A stretch of 64,000 nt of DNA from Antedon mediterranea (Eukaryota > Animalia > Echinodermata): NCBI RefSeq assembly GCF_964355755.1, contig NC_092680.1:8556001-8620000 (forward strand). Reading direction: 5' to 3'. The notes below the pieces were generated by a model. It was given only the letters and a program-made list of their open reading frames with translations. It had not been told where the DNA came from and searched no databases. This document shows, in pieces, positions 13,844 to 26,083 of the stretch; the first letter of the stretch is position 1, and the number at the start of each line of letters is the position of its first letter. The translations under genes were made by a program, and so were the position numbers.

Positions 13844-14616
13844 GGTATAAACAACAAAAATAAGTTCGTTAATTTCCTAAACAAATTTCGGTCTAACGAA
13901 GGGTAATTTAAAGATGCCCAAAACGGCGCGAAAGTCGGACGTTTGGTGGGAGAAAGAAGACTAAAGTTTCAGGAGGGTGCTATAATACTTATATGTTGGT
14001 TTTACGCCCATATTTTGTTATTTTGTTGTTGTATGCTTTTATATAAATAATATTTCTGAAATAAATAAAATAAAATAATTGATTAACCAACAAGTAATTG
14101 ATTAATCCTTTATGTTCTACTACATTATGTGTGTGAAAAACTGTTATTTTTAGATCATTACCTTTAGGCTTATATCATATTTATTTTTTAACTTGTGTAC
14201 ATTTTCTGCGTGCGATATATAAGATAAATAAGAAAATTGATAATAATAATTACAAATTGTTTAATTCAACAGCCTTACTCCCTCTCTGGAATTCGTGATA
14301 GGTAACATTATTTTATATAGAGGGCAGTGTATTGTTTAATCCGACATTCACATTCACTAAGTATTACTTCAATTCAATGGTGTCAGCCCGGGTGTCAACT
14401 TATTGAACTTGAACTAGTAACTCTTCCCGTTTGTAAGTACTTGCTGTTAGCATACTTCACGTTGCGTGTACGTTAATACCGACGTTTGTTCTAATCTATT
14501 ATATATAGCCTAAATAGGCCTATATTCGAGATATCTCTTAAATATTCTACCTACTGGGTCAATAGTTTACAGCGAACCATCTAAGTGACATTGTATCATC
14601 TTGAGGGGGACTACAA

Positions 14617-14630
14617 GGAAGTGAAACTGA
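14617..14630 (+). promoter_or_regulatory. Ets-IRF composite element (EICE) upstream of TLR
   Basis: GGAAGTGAAACT matches the PU.1/IRF composite consensus GGAAGTGAAAST. Confidence 0.5.
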
Positions 14631-15148
14631 TTGTAATAAGAAAGTCTACATTGTAATTACTTTTCATATTTCTTTTTGTATATAGCTATCTCGATGAGTA
14701 AATATTATGTATGTATCGATATACAGTATATACATTGAGATGTAGTGATTGAGATATTTATATAATTATATAGTGTGTTTTAATTTTATAGGCCTAGACT
14801 CATTAGAGTTCATTCACAATAGGCCTACCAACGTAATTAATTGACCAGTTGTTTACCATATTGGAGCAATGTGTGTATAACCTCTAGGATTTTCCAAACG
14901 TAAACTAGTTAATAATGAAAGGAATTTGTTATGTTAATCTTAAAATGTTGTCGTTAAGTCGCCGTCCAAAAACCAAAACAAAGGCGTAAGCGTGTTGTTT
15001 ATCAAGACCGAGTATATAACCAAGAAGACCATAGAAGCAAGTCAGAGCGAAGAGGTAAATGAGTGGTGCAGAGAAAAATGAAATTACAATTTAATTTCAC
15101 TCTCCACTGGGTAGTGGTGGTTCAGAGAAAACACTCGTGAGAACCAAT

Positions 15149-15175
15149 TTTCAATTTCGTTATGGGAAATTCCCC
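15149..15175. promoter_or_regulatory. Adjacent ISRE/IRF and NF-kB sites upstream of TLR CDS
   Basis: TTTCAATTTC (GAAATTGAAA on -, GAAANNGAAA) at 15149-15158 and GGGAAATTCCCC at 15164-15175. Confidence 0.55.
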
Positions 15176-15597
15176 ATTGATGTGAAGAAGATTTATTTAG
15201 TAATTGATAAAACCTCACCAACCGTAACTTTTGTCTACGGCACTACTGTATGAATCGCTTAAAATACAAGGAAAAACATTTGCAATATTACTGCATTAGC
15301 TTCCTTGTTCGATTGTTTTCTCTCGCTGTGCGAATCTTCAACATTTTTATTTTTCTAATTGTAATTATATCTAATGTATGATGTAATTGTGAATATTTGT
15401 TTTGTTTACTATATTTCTGTAAAGGAAAACAATGTTTCCTTTTATATATGGAACAAATAAATATTTAATTTGCTATGCATTATATAATAAATGTAATATC
15501 ATACAATAACATATGACTAAATAAAGTATTTTGAAAATAAAAACTGAAGTTAATATTGCATTTTTTTTTAATTTTTCAGATAAAAACATCATCTTCA

Positions 15598-16673
15598 ATG
15601 GCTTTGTTAAAGATGTTTTATTTGAAGATATTTTGTTTGGTTATTTCGTCGGTGACTGTTGCTGGTTACCAAAATTCTTCATGCTACGATTATGATCCAT
15701 TTTATATTGATGGGGCTCCTCGTAACGCCAGTGAATTACGATGTCCTAATGAATGCAAGTGCTTATACTGTCCACAACATGTAAACGGAAATGACGTATA
15801 CTATGGTCACAATGTTTACTGTACAACCCTACGATTAAAATCCGTTCCATTAAAGAGTACGGTACCAACTGATGTATATTATTCGCTGAGATATAACTAT
15901 ATAACCGCTATAAAAGATAATTCGTTCAGCACATTATCTGATTTACAATTTTTGCGTATAGATGATAATGACTTGAAATACGATCTGATTGAAAGAAATT
16001 CATTTCGTGGTTTGAAAAATGTTATCAGTTTATCGTTGGATAGAAACAAATTGTTGGGTAGACTTTTAGCAGCCTGGTTTGTAGACTTGGTTTCTTTGGA
16101 AATTCTAGATGTTGAAAACTGTGGGTTAACTTCAATAGAAAGCAACATATTTCAGAATTCTAAACAGTTGACAAAAATTCACATTTCTCATAACAATATT
16201 GTATCATTTCCGACAAACTTTTTACAAAATCTTCCATCGCTCAACTACATATTCATGGAGTATAATAAACTGTCATATATTCCTAATAAAGCCTTTAAAG
16301 GATCTAACAACATTAAGAAAATTATCATTTCCGACAATTCTCTTTCTACTATCTCAGAAAATGTCGGTATACAAAATTTGACAAAGTTGCAGACACTTGA
16401 CGTAGATTTTAATCATTTAGTATGTGATTGCAATATGGTATGGTTTAGAAAATGGATTGTAATGACAAACGTCACCATTGAGAATCTCAAGTATACAAAA
16501 TGCAAGATGAATGGGATCGCAGGATACAGTCAGTTCTTGCTGAATTTTGACCCTGACAGTTTACAGTGCAGTAAATTAATGAAATATTTAAAGATTATAC
16601 TTCCACCCGCATCTGCTAGTATTATGGTCGTGATAATTGTGATTCTTTTGTATAACTTCAGATATGATATAAG
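15598..16673 (+). CDS. Toll-like receptor, coding exon 1 (signal peptide, LRRNT, about 8 LRRs, LRRCT, TM)
   Basis: Acceptor TTTTTCAG at 15579 then ATG; hydrophobic signal, CPNECKC...C cap, LxxLxLxxN repeats, NHLVCDC..WF..W LRRCT, TM IILPPASASIMVVIIVILLY; phase-2 donor AAG|GTAACG. Confidence 0.92.
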
Positions 16674-17112
16674 GTAACGTCAATAAAGCAATTCAACATT
16701 TTAAAACTCATTTCACCAAGAAACATCTTTCTGTGTAAATTCAAGTTTAGTTCAAATTTACATCTAATACGAAACTATAAGTCCTAATGGTTGGCCGTGT
16801 GTGTCAAGTGTCCCAGTTCTAATGTCCTGTGTAGCAGCATTGGTTGCTTTTGTCGATTTTCTCAACATTATTTTCTTTATTTCTTTCAACAAAGTCCTTG
16901 GATGGTTTAGATTTGTTCGTACAGTTTCATAAGAAAATAATTACAATATATTTTGCATACCCTTTTGAAACCTCTCACTAATAGTAAAATCTTCTATAAC
17001 CTACCGTACCTAATGTCAATAGAATAATATTTTAGACATAATTATTATTAGTCGATAAAAAAGATCTATAAAACACAATTTGACTTTTATACATATTCTG
17101 GACATATTCTAG

Positions 17113-17665
17113 GTTCTGGATACAAAGACGTCGTCTTCGTAAGCAGTACGAACAGCTTGACAACCAAGGACCACCTCCGATCAACGGAGAAGACATTCGG
17201 TATGACGCCTTCGTATCTTACAACAGCAAGGACAAAGACTGGGTTCTCAAAGTTTTACAACCATCGTTAGAAGATCAAAGAAACTTTAAACTTTGCGTTG
17301 ACTACCGAGATTTTATTCCGGGTGAAGCAGTTGTAAACAACATATCGAATGCTGTAAAATATAGCCGAAAAGTACTGATGGTTGTTTCAAAAAATTTTGC
17401 AAAAAGTGAGTGGTGTTACTTCGAGCTGGAAATGGCCCGCATGCGCATGTTCGACAATCATGAAGACATCTTAGTTGTGGTGTTACTTGAGAAGGTGTCA
17501 TCTAAACATATGCCAGTGCTCTTACACAAGATATTGACCAAGAAAACGTATATTGAGTGGGAAGATCATCCAGACAGACTGCCATTATTTTGGGCAAAAT
17601 TAGAAACAGCGCTACTGTCACCTAATTGTCCCAGAGAAAGGCTGTTGGACCGGGACGCGGTTTAA
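17113..17665 (+). CDS. Toll-like receptor, coding exon 2 (TIR domain)
   Basis: Acceptor TTCTAG|G joins in frame (R-FWIQRRRLRKQY...YDAFVSY...LCVDYRDFIPG...SEWCYFEL...YIEW...FWAKL); stop TAA at 17663-17665; total 542 aa. Confidence 0.93.
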
Positions 17666-17957
17666 AACACAAATGAAGACAAGTAATGGCAGGTAGTCAA
17701 GCCTATGTAAAATTCATTTTCATTCCGAATCTAGATAGCAAATTGAGACAACAGAAATCCATTGTAAAATAGGAACCATTTCATATTTGTTTGAGCTTGT
17801 GTTTATATTATAGCGTTTATGCGTTATCATGTTTAGTGGGTTAGTGCTGGATAAAGTGTAAAATTGTTGTTTGTAGATTATTACCTTTATATTATATTTA
17901 TTTCAAAACTTTATTCGCGCTGTATATATTTTAAAAAGAAAATAAATAACACGCACG

Positions 17958-18501
17958 TGTCTGTTTGTTTGTCTGGTTGTTTGTTAGCAGGATTACTCAA
18001 AAAATTATTACAAGATCTTTATCAAAATAAAAATATAGATAGATACGTCGTTAATCTGGACCACTTTTTATTATAATTTTAAGACCTGCTAGTTTTAAAA
18101 GATAGACAATTTTTTCGAGAACTACTTGTCCAAAAAACTTCATATTTGTACAAGAGGAAAGGGTTATAATTTGTGATTTGATTTGTAACATGAAAACATA
18201 ATTTTATTTAAATTACAGGTTTTTTTATACGAGTAATTTTTAAAAACTTACTTCTTTTCAAATTCACCCGTTTGTTTTGGCGTTTCTGTTCTATTGTTAG
18301 TCAACTGAAACTACTGTTAGTTGAAAGGCTGGTTATTACATAACCATTACACCAAATTCGCATACACATGCTTGTAGTGAAATTAGCCTAAATCACACAC
18401 AGCATTAAGACATAAAAATAAAAAATATATTTGTTTCCCCGGTGAAATCTTATGTAGAGAGAATTTTACAGAAAAGGCACTCTCGGAGTGCCTTTCTAGT
18501 T
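17958..18501. mobile_element. Helentron/HINE-like element family B (opposite orientation to the 23807 copy)
   Basis: GTYT microsatellite then GTTAGCAGGATTACTC; internal blocks are reverse complements of 23860-23990 and 24970-25030; terminal hairpin GAAAAGGCACTCTCGGAGTGCCTTTCTAGTT. Confidence 0.6.
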
Positions 18502-18748
18502 GCTTAATGCAATCGTACTCCCGCTCTGTGGCCGTATTCACCAATCACACTTAAGTAAAATATTTCCCTTAAATCCTAAGAATTTCCCTTAAATCACAAA
18601 AAATTCAGGGTTTCACTTTAAGTGGTATTCACAAAGGGTTTTAGGTTAAGTGAAACATTTAACGTGGCCTATTTTGCCCTTAACTTTTAAGTGAGCTCAG
18701 AGGTCCCTTAAAAGTTTCCTTAACTATTCAGTTAATGTTTTACTTAAT

Positions 18749-20935
18749 ATGTCATGTTATAACATTATTGATGTTAATTCTGATAAAATTCCACTGTTTT
18801 ACAAAAATATGATAAAAGCCTACATAAATTATAACAGAATCTCTAAAAAACAAGGCCAACAGCCATTAAGTCGCGTGCTACAATGCATAGTGATACCGGA
18901 CCGACAGACAAACAGACCGACAGACAGACAGACCGACAGACAGACGGACCGACCGACATAGTGAACTATACTGACCGAAATTACTGAACATGTTTAAAAA
19001 TGTTGAAATGTTTAAAAACATTTATATTTTTTTAATTTACACGTGCGTAGCCTGTCACTTTTGACGTGCTCGTATAACGTAATTTCGAGTTGAAAAGTAA
19101 GTCAAGAAAACAGAAATCGGGCAAAAAGAGTGCGCAATAACACTTAACGCGCAGTGCGCGCGCAAAAATCTGCGCACTCATGGCAATTTTGTAAACGCTT
19201 AAAATTGCCTGAAACGTACTCTTATTTCATCGAAAATAAATTTTAAAAATTTTAGGCGCGCGTACGCATGCGTTACATGCGCTACGCACGTAATTGTATT
19301 GCCATTATGATGATTTATGCCCTGAAATTTATGAGTACCAAATTTTATTTAATTGTGATTCATGGTTGTTAAGATATGATTACAAACGTGATTTCGTTAA
19401 ATCGTGCGTAGACCGCGTAATTTTTTATTGCGCAACGTGAAATCATAACCACATCGATTCCTGGCCATAAGGAATATTCTGTGAAAAATTGATTTAGCTA
19501 GATTAAACTGATATCAAGATAAGGTCATAAAGCGATAAAACGCATAGTGATACCGGACCGACAGACAGACAGACAGACCGACAGACCGACAGACAGACAG
19601 ACAGACATACAGACCGACCGACATAGTGAACTATAGAGTCGCTTCCACGCGACTAAAAACCTGAAACTTATAACGATATAATGAATGAGCAACTGTGGGG
19701 AAACCACTACGTTAAACTAAAAAAAAAATCGCTTTTCTACAAGCATTGGATTGACAGTGGCATTATCAGTATTAAAGACATTGTTAATAAGAACACTTTT
19801 TTAACATCAAACGAAATACTGGTGAAACTACAATGTAAAACAAACTAGTTAAATGAGTATTTGTGCATTATTAAGGCAATACCAATTCAATGGAAACGTA
19901 TTATTAAGGAGGTAGATATTTTCAATTGTGATGATAATGATGAATTAGTTGGAACCAAGTATGAGATTAATACTACCAAACTAATATACTCATGGTTTGT
20001 GAAAGAATATTTCATTATTCCAATGTCACAACTAAAATGGGAAGAGTACTTCAATGATAACAACATTGATTGGAAAACTTCTTGGTTACGGAAAGTATGT
20101 AAAATGAAAGATAAGAAACTAGCACAATTCAATTATAAGATGTTACATAGAATACTGCCTACCAACAAACGGCTGTATCAGTGGAAAGTTAAGGAAACAC
20201 AAACGTGTGACAAATGTGGAGAAATTGAAAACGAAAATCATTTGTTTTTTAGTTGTAGATTTATTCAGAAATATTGGAGGAAAATGCTTAGTATCTTTGT
20301 AAGTTTAAATCACAATAATATATCATTTAAACAATTAATACTAGGAACGGGAGATAAGCTAATAGATTATATTTACACTTTTGCAGCATTTACTATTTAT
20401 AGAATAAAAATGTTATCTGCACTAAATAAGCCAGTGGGTAAATCTTTATGGAATTCATTTAAAAGCAATATGTTATATAACATTGAATGTGAAACATATA
20501 ACAATAAAGAAACAAGTATAGAAAAATGGGTAGCTTTAAGAAATAAGATTATGATAATATAATTTCTAATTTGATACGATTAACTGAAAAAGAATTACAG
20601 TGATACGGGTTACTGGTGGTACTGAGCTATTATTGTTTTTTTTTTTATCATGTATATAAATATATTGTATAATCCGGGTTGTAAAATGAAAACAAACAAA
20701 TGAAAATGTGTGAACTATTTTAAAACGGGATAGATGACAATGATGATCCTGTCAAGTGTATAACAAAATATACGAAAATTAATGAAAAAAGGAGTAATAC
20801 AGAATTCATATATGTAAAAATGTTACTTATGAACTGTAACGACATTTACAAGTTAAATAATACGATTTTATGTAATATGAGATAATATGAATGTGAATAA
20901 AAGTGGTGTTTGCGCCACAAAAGAGAAAAAAAAAA
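18749..20935 (+). mobile_element. 5'-truncated, degenerate L1/Tx1-like LINE (ORF2 C-terminus with zf-RVT), interrupted by a HINE
   Basis: IPLFYKNMIKAY / LWGNHY..FYKHWIDSGIISIKDI / FNYKMLHRILPTNKRLYQW...CDKCGEIENENHLFFSC (CCHC); in-frame stop and frameshift; AATAAA plus A tail at about 20896-20935. Confidence 0.85.
18850..19654 (-). mobile_element. Helentron-associated (HINE/DINE-1-like) element family A, copy 1
   Basis: Inserted in an A run; hairpin AGTCGCTTCCACGCGACT at one end, subterminal inverted repeat AGTCGCGTG and small GGC-GCC hairpin at the ACAAG end; GACA/GACC microsatellites; near-identical copy at 39333. Confidence 0.8.
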
Positions 20936-21453
20936 TTACTATTTATAGAATAAAAATGTTATCTGCACTAAATAAGCCAGTGGGTAAATCTTTATGGAAT
21001 TCATTTAAAAGCAATATGTTATATAACATTGAATGTGAAACATATAACAATAAAGAAACAAGTATAGAAAAATGGGTAGCTTTAAGAAATAAGATTATGA
21101 TAATATAATTTCTAATTTGATACGATTAACCGAAAAAGAATTACAGTGATACGGGTTACTGGTGGTACTGAGCTATTATTGTTTTTTTATCATGTATATA
21201 AATATATTGTATAATCCGGGTTGTAAAATGAAAACAAACAAATGAAAATGTGTGAACTATTTTAAAACGGGATAGATGATAATGATGATCCTGTCAAGTG
21301 TATAACAAAATATAAGAAAATTAATGAAAAAAGGAGTAATACAGAATTCATATATGTAAAAATGTTACAAGTTAAATAATACGATTTTATGTAATATGAG
21401 ATAATATGAATGTGAATAAAAGTGGTGTTTGCGCCACAAAAGAGAAAAAAAAA
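20936..21453 (+). repeat. Tandem duplicate of the LINE 3' end (about 20390-20935)
   Basis: Near-identical repeat of last ORF2 codons, 3' UTR, AATAAA and tail; carries a short deletion between TTAC microhomologies. Confidence 0.9.
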
Positions 21454-21547
21454 ACTATTCAGACCTTAGTTGTGCTGACGATTCTGAATGCGCGAGTGCT
21501 ATGCCTACTTGTAGATAGTCCCAGTCTAGGCTAGGTAGAAATGCTAG

Positions 21548-21668
21548 AAAGAAAAGGTTGTGGGACGCAGTTTAAAACACAAATGAAGACAAGTAAGGGC
21601 AGGTAGTCAAGCCTATGTAAAATTAACATTCTTTTTTATACTAAATAGAAAATTTAGATAGCAGAAAT
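21548..21668 (+). pseudogene. Relic second copy of TLR 3' end (last codons, stop, proximal 3' UTR)
   Basis: GGGACGCAGTTTAAAACACAAATGAAGACAAGTAAGGGCAGGTAGTCAAGCCTATGTAAAATT matches 17652-17714 with 2 mismatches. Confidence 0.8.
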
Positions 21669-23806
21669 GTTGTGATATTGCTTTTGAGCTATTATGTCTA
21701 TTGAATTGTTGTCCTCATAATATTGTAATATCATGTTTCTCCCCACCATGCTGAGCTCCATTCGCTTGCTGTTAATGAAAGCATTAATTTCAAACTGCTT
21801 ACCATCATCAACCAGGGTGTTGGATTAGCGCAAACTTATTTATTAATACTGTATATATATATATATATTACCAAGTATATTCGTCTAATATTACCTCCCT
21901 TGATAATACCATACTCTTTCTTCCAGACTTAAATAGCCCGCCTCGGCGACGTAGAACAAGCATTTTTTATGAAAAAAATGTCACGACATAGAAAGAAAGT
22001 TAAAATAATGAACCAATAGAAAAATCTTGCAAGTAGCACTTTACTGGTGGCGATGTTATAACGACGTATAGTTGCTAACATAAAATATCATGCTTTGTAC
22101 TCAATTGTCTCGACTGATTTCTCTGTCTATCACCCTCTATTATTTTATCATTGCAGAGAGTGTAAAGAAGGCGCGTGTTATAAAATCTGATGGGTCACGT
22201 GATGATCATCCGAGGCTCTTACGTATTTCACTTTAGGCCTTGCCTAGTTTATGTATGCCTGATTATGTACCTAGTATAGAAGGCCGCAGCTATTGATTAG
22301 AGGATACATTTGTTTTCGTGTGAAAATTACGTTCATATGTTGAAATTTAGGAGCTTCAGTTACTACGTATTTCTATATTCCATCATTAGCGCCATCTATA
22401 GTTTTGACATACTTCCATAAAACCTTCCGCTATTTCATTTTTCTATAGCTATGCTATTTACGTAGTATTAGATCAATATAACTGTAACATAAAATCAAGA
22501 AATGTATAATTATGAAGACAGCGTGAAAGATATCAATATTGCTAAAGATGTTAAAATTAAGTTTAAATTGCTTCAAAAAGTTTTGATTTTGGACAAAATT
22601 TTTATTTGTGTTAGTGCCTTCAAGGTACAAAACTTTTTTTTTCTCGCCCCAATTTTTGGAAAAAATTAGGGAGCAGTGGATGACAGCAAACAATCAATTT
22701 TTTATGTTCGATAAATAAACGATTACAACCTTTTACAACAACCGCCAAAAAATTATAAACAACATTGACAAATAAGAAGCATTTTAATTATTTCAATCAC
22801 AATAGGCCAAATTCATAAATTATGAGGTGAGTGAAAATAACCCCAAAAACATGAACATTAACATTGAAGAACAACTTAGCTGTTGAAATGTAGTCAAAAC
22901 CGTTATACAGTCTCACATGTGTTTCATGTGTGGTCCTAGTAGGCCTATCATAGTCAGAAGCCTAACCCTAACCTAACATAGTCCATGCAGCACATGGGTC
23001 GAGTAGTTACAGCACCAATCATCGGGTGAATATCGACTTACTCAACTCGTAGAAATGTGAAATGGAATTTATCAGTTTTCTAACATTAGGTCACTCTTGT
23101 GATTAAAAAACATAATAGGATAAATATTTTTTAAAGAAGGGTAAGAAAATTCCTGAAATATAATACTGTAACCTTATTTGGGCATCTGATTACCCATCTC
23201 ATCTGGATAAACTATTAAATAAATTATGTATTATTTTTTGGTTGTTAATAAATACTTGTAAGTGTGGAATACCGCAACAAAATAGGCTTACTCGATAATA
23301 GCCCTAATGAATGGATTATTGTTGGATTCATTCAGTTTTGACATTTTAATTGACTCATATCGTTTGTGGGTTTACGTACGCTATTCTTTACTAGAGGTAT
23401 CGATGGCACATACTTGTACCCTCTTGAAACATTATAACAATTAAATGAAGCCTGGTGTAACTTGTGAGAGACCAATGAAACAATCAACGACAACGATTCA
23501 GAGTTAATCGTCTTCAAAAGTATAATCATTAATTGGGAATAAGGATATCAACAGTCTACGATTAATTTTAATGATCTTATTTTAACAATATAGAATTAAT
23601 TAATCCGTATTACATATACATACATAAGGAGACAGCAGGGTAAACCAAAATAAAATGGAAAGGGTTTAAAACGAGAATGTCTACAGCCTAGTATATGTTG
23701 TGTACAATTAAAAATGAATTGAATTGAACAGCGACACATCGTCTTTCTGAGGTTAGCTGTTTAACAATGCAGCACAGTGCCGTATACATAGCCGATTACA
23801 TCACGT

Positions 23807-25257
23807 AACTAGAAATCCACTCCGAGAGTGCATACCTCCGCCTACTGTAACATTCCCCTGCATAAGATTTCTCCAGAAAATATATTTTTTTTTGTGTGTC
23901 TTGATGCTGTGTGTGATTAGGCTAATTTCACTACAACCATGTGAATGCGAGTTTGATGTAATGGTTATTTATTCAGTCTTTCACAGTTTAGATCCTGGTT
24001 CAATTATTTCTGCTGATGACCTTTTTTTTCGTCATCATTATTTTTTTTAATAATTTATTTATTGTTTTTTAAATTATTATTAATACTTCATATTTTATTT
24101 ATTTTTCACTATGATCCTAAGCACAACACATGTTCTGACGGAAACCTACCTGTAGACAATGAGTAATAAATATTTATGTGGATTGTGATCTTGACCTTTT
24201 AAATTATTTAATTAGTAATTAAATTTAAAAAAAATTTAATTAGCTTTTTTTTCCAATTTAGTATAATTCATTTAAAAATAGAAATGTTGGGGTTTTTTAC
24301 CTATTTAAAGAAGATACAAAAAATTAAGGTCAAAATATTCAAAATTTGCCAGATCAAAGTAATATTAAAGTTGTTCACTTTAAGTCGAAACTCGTCACGG
24401 TTGTGAAGGTGTTTTCACACAGATCGCGAGGAAGTTTATGATTGATTATGCATACAGAGTAGCCAAACAAACGCATTGCATTATGGGATATGTTTCGATC
24501 GAAAACTAAATTTTTGAACAAAAAACGTCTGTATTTTAGTTAAATGAATCTTTTTTTTTTTTTTTTTAAATTAGTCAAAGGGACAATACATCTTTAATAT
24601 TAGTGATGATATCAGCTGATTTTGATCATCTGATCAATTAACCATGCAGGGCCGTACCACTTAACTGAGATGTAAGTTTTACATAATGAAATAAACAATT
24701 ACACATATGATGGTGTTAAAAAAATGTTGCAAATAGTAAAAGAATAACATTATTTATATCAACGAACAATGTTTTACGTTGACTAACAATAGAACAAATA
24801 TTAACTTTGAAAATTGTAAGAAAAAAGTCAAAGAGGTGCGATCTGTTCCCTATAGTATAATGGACGAGCCCGTCAAAACAAGCGGGTGAATTTTTTTTTA
24901 AATGGGTACTTGTATCAAAAAACCTGTACATTAAATCAAAGTATGTTTAAAAATTACAAATCACACATTATCTTGTACAAAAATGAAGTTTTTTGGACAA
25001 GTAATTCGTGAGAAAATGCCATTTTAGTTTACTTGTTACGTCAAGACTGATCAGTTAGCTGGTCTGTAAATTAAAACTAAAAAGTTGTCCAGAATTTGGA
25101 TATTGTTCCGAATTGCCTCCAACATGTAAGGAGTGGTCATTGACTGGTGGTTTCAATTTGGTAAAGATCTGGCAAAAACTTTTTGAGTAATCCTGCTAAC
25201 AAACAAACCGACAGACATACGCTACCGACTATACCATAACCTCCTTGGCGGAGGTAA
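23807..25257. mobile_element. Helentron/HINE-like element family B with nested insertions
   Basis: AACTAGAAATCCACTCCGAGAGTGCATACCTCCGCC ... ATCCTGCTAAC(AAAC/AGAC)n...ACCTCCTTGGCGGAGGTAA (subterminal inverted repeat ACCTCCGCC/GGCGGAGGT). Confidence 0.65.
24309..24593. mobile_element. Kolobok-like MITE, internally deleted, inverted relative to 7961 copy
   Basis: Ends AATTAGTCAAAGGGACAATACATCT|TTAA, the reverse complement of the 7961 start; body matches the 8080-8490 region in reverse. Confidence 0.7.
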
Positions 25258-25945
25258 TAAAGTTTGAATCCCATTTCTTGGACGCAACACATAGATATTA
25301 ACGAATTGACCAATCACGACGACATTGATCGTCCCAACGGTTGCTTGTGATTGGTCAACTCCCTTGCAATGTGTTGCGTCTACGTGTGATTCCGCTGCGT
25401 TCACACAGTGCATACAGTCTCTATAAGAATTTCACTGATATTCAATTCCATTTATTATATCATTTGCATACAATACATATAATACAATTGTGTTTGCTTT
25501 GAGAAAAATAAAATAAAACAACTACGGTATGACACAGGTAATATTTCTTTAGCCATCTTACTGTCATAGTTCATTGCACTAAATAATTCAATTTCACAAA
25601 TTTAACTAGAATTCAAATTCTGTATATTATTTGTAAAAGGTAATTTGTGCCAATTGAGATTATCAATGATGCTGTTTTTTATTTGGTAGTGGCACAATTC
25701 GACGCAACTATAGTCTACTTTTAATTTTTTTTTTAGTATAACCGGTACATTCTCATATTGGGCATACCACAGATATTAATATTAAATATCTAGTATTAAT
25801 TAGGCATAATGTTTAACAACAATTTTGGTAGCCTATTGACCATTTTTAATATCCGCTATTAATTATTAATCATTCATTGGAAATACGTACTGCTTATGGT
25901 TTGTTATGTTACGTTGTTAATGATTTGAATAATTTACTGATCTTA

Positions 25946-26083
25946 AGCTCTGTCTACACTATCAAATTTTATGTGAAAAAAAAATGTGATGTGGCCATAT
26001 ATGAACATGATGATGCTATTATTACCATATTTGGGCACATCACACTTTTTTGCTCGAAACTGTTTGATAGTGTAGACATGGCT
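25946..26083. mobile_element. Small palindromic PIF/Harbinger-type MITE
   Basis: TTA|AGCTCTGTCTACACTATCAAA ... TTTGATAGTGTAGACATGGCT|TTA; internal arms also inverted. Confidence 0.75.

Noticed and set aside
15556-17665. TLR appearing as two broken ORFs (pseudogene, or separate LRR and TIR genes)
   Set aside because: A canonical GT-AG phase-2 intron (16674-17112) joins them in frame with no stops
20887-21108. 73-aa ORF as an independent gene
   Set aside because: Chance fusion across the junction of the duplicated LINE tail
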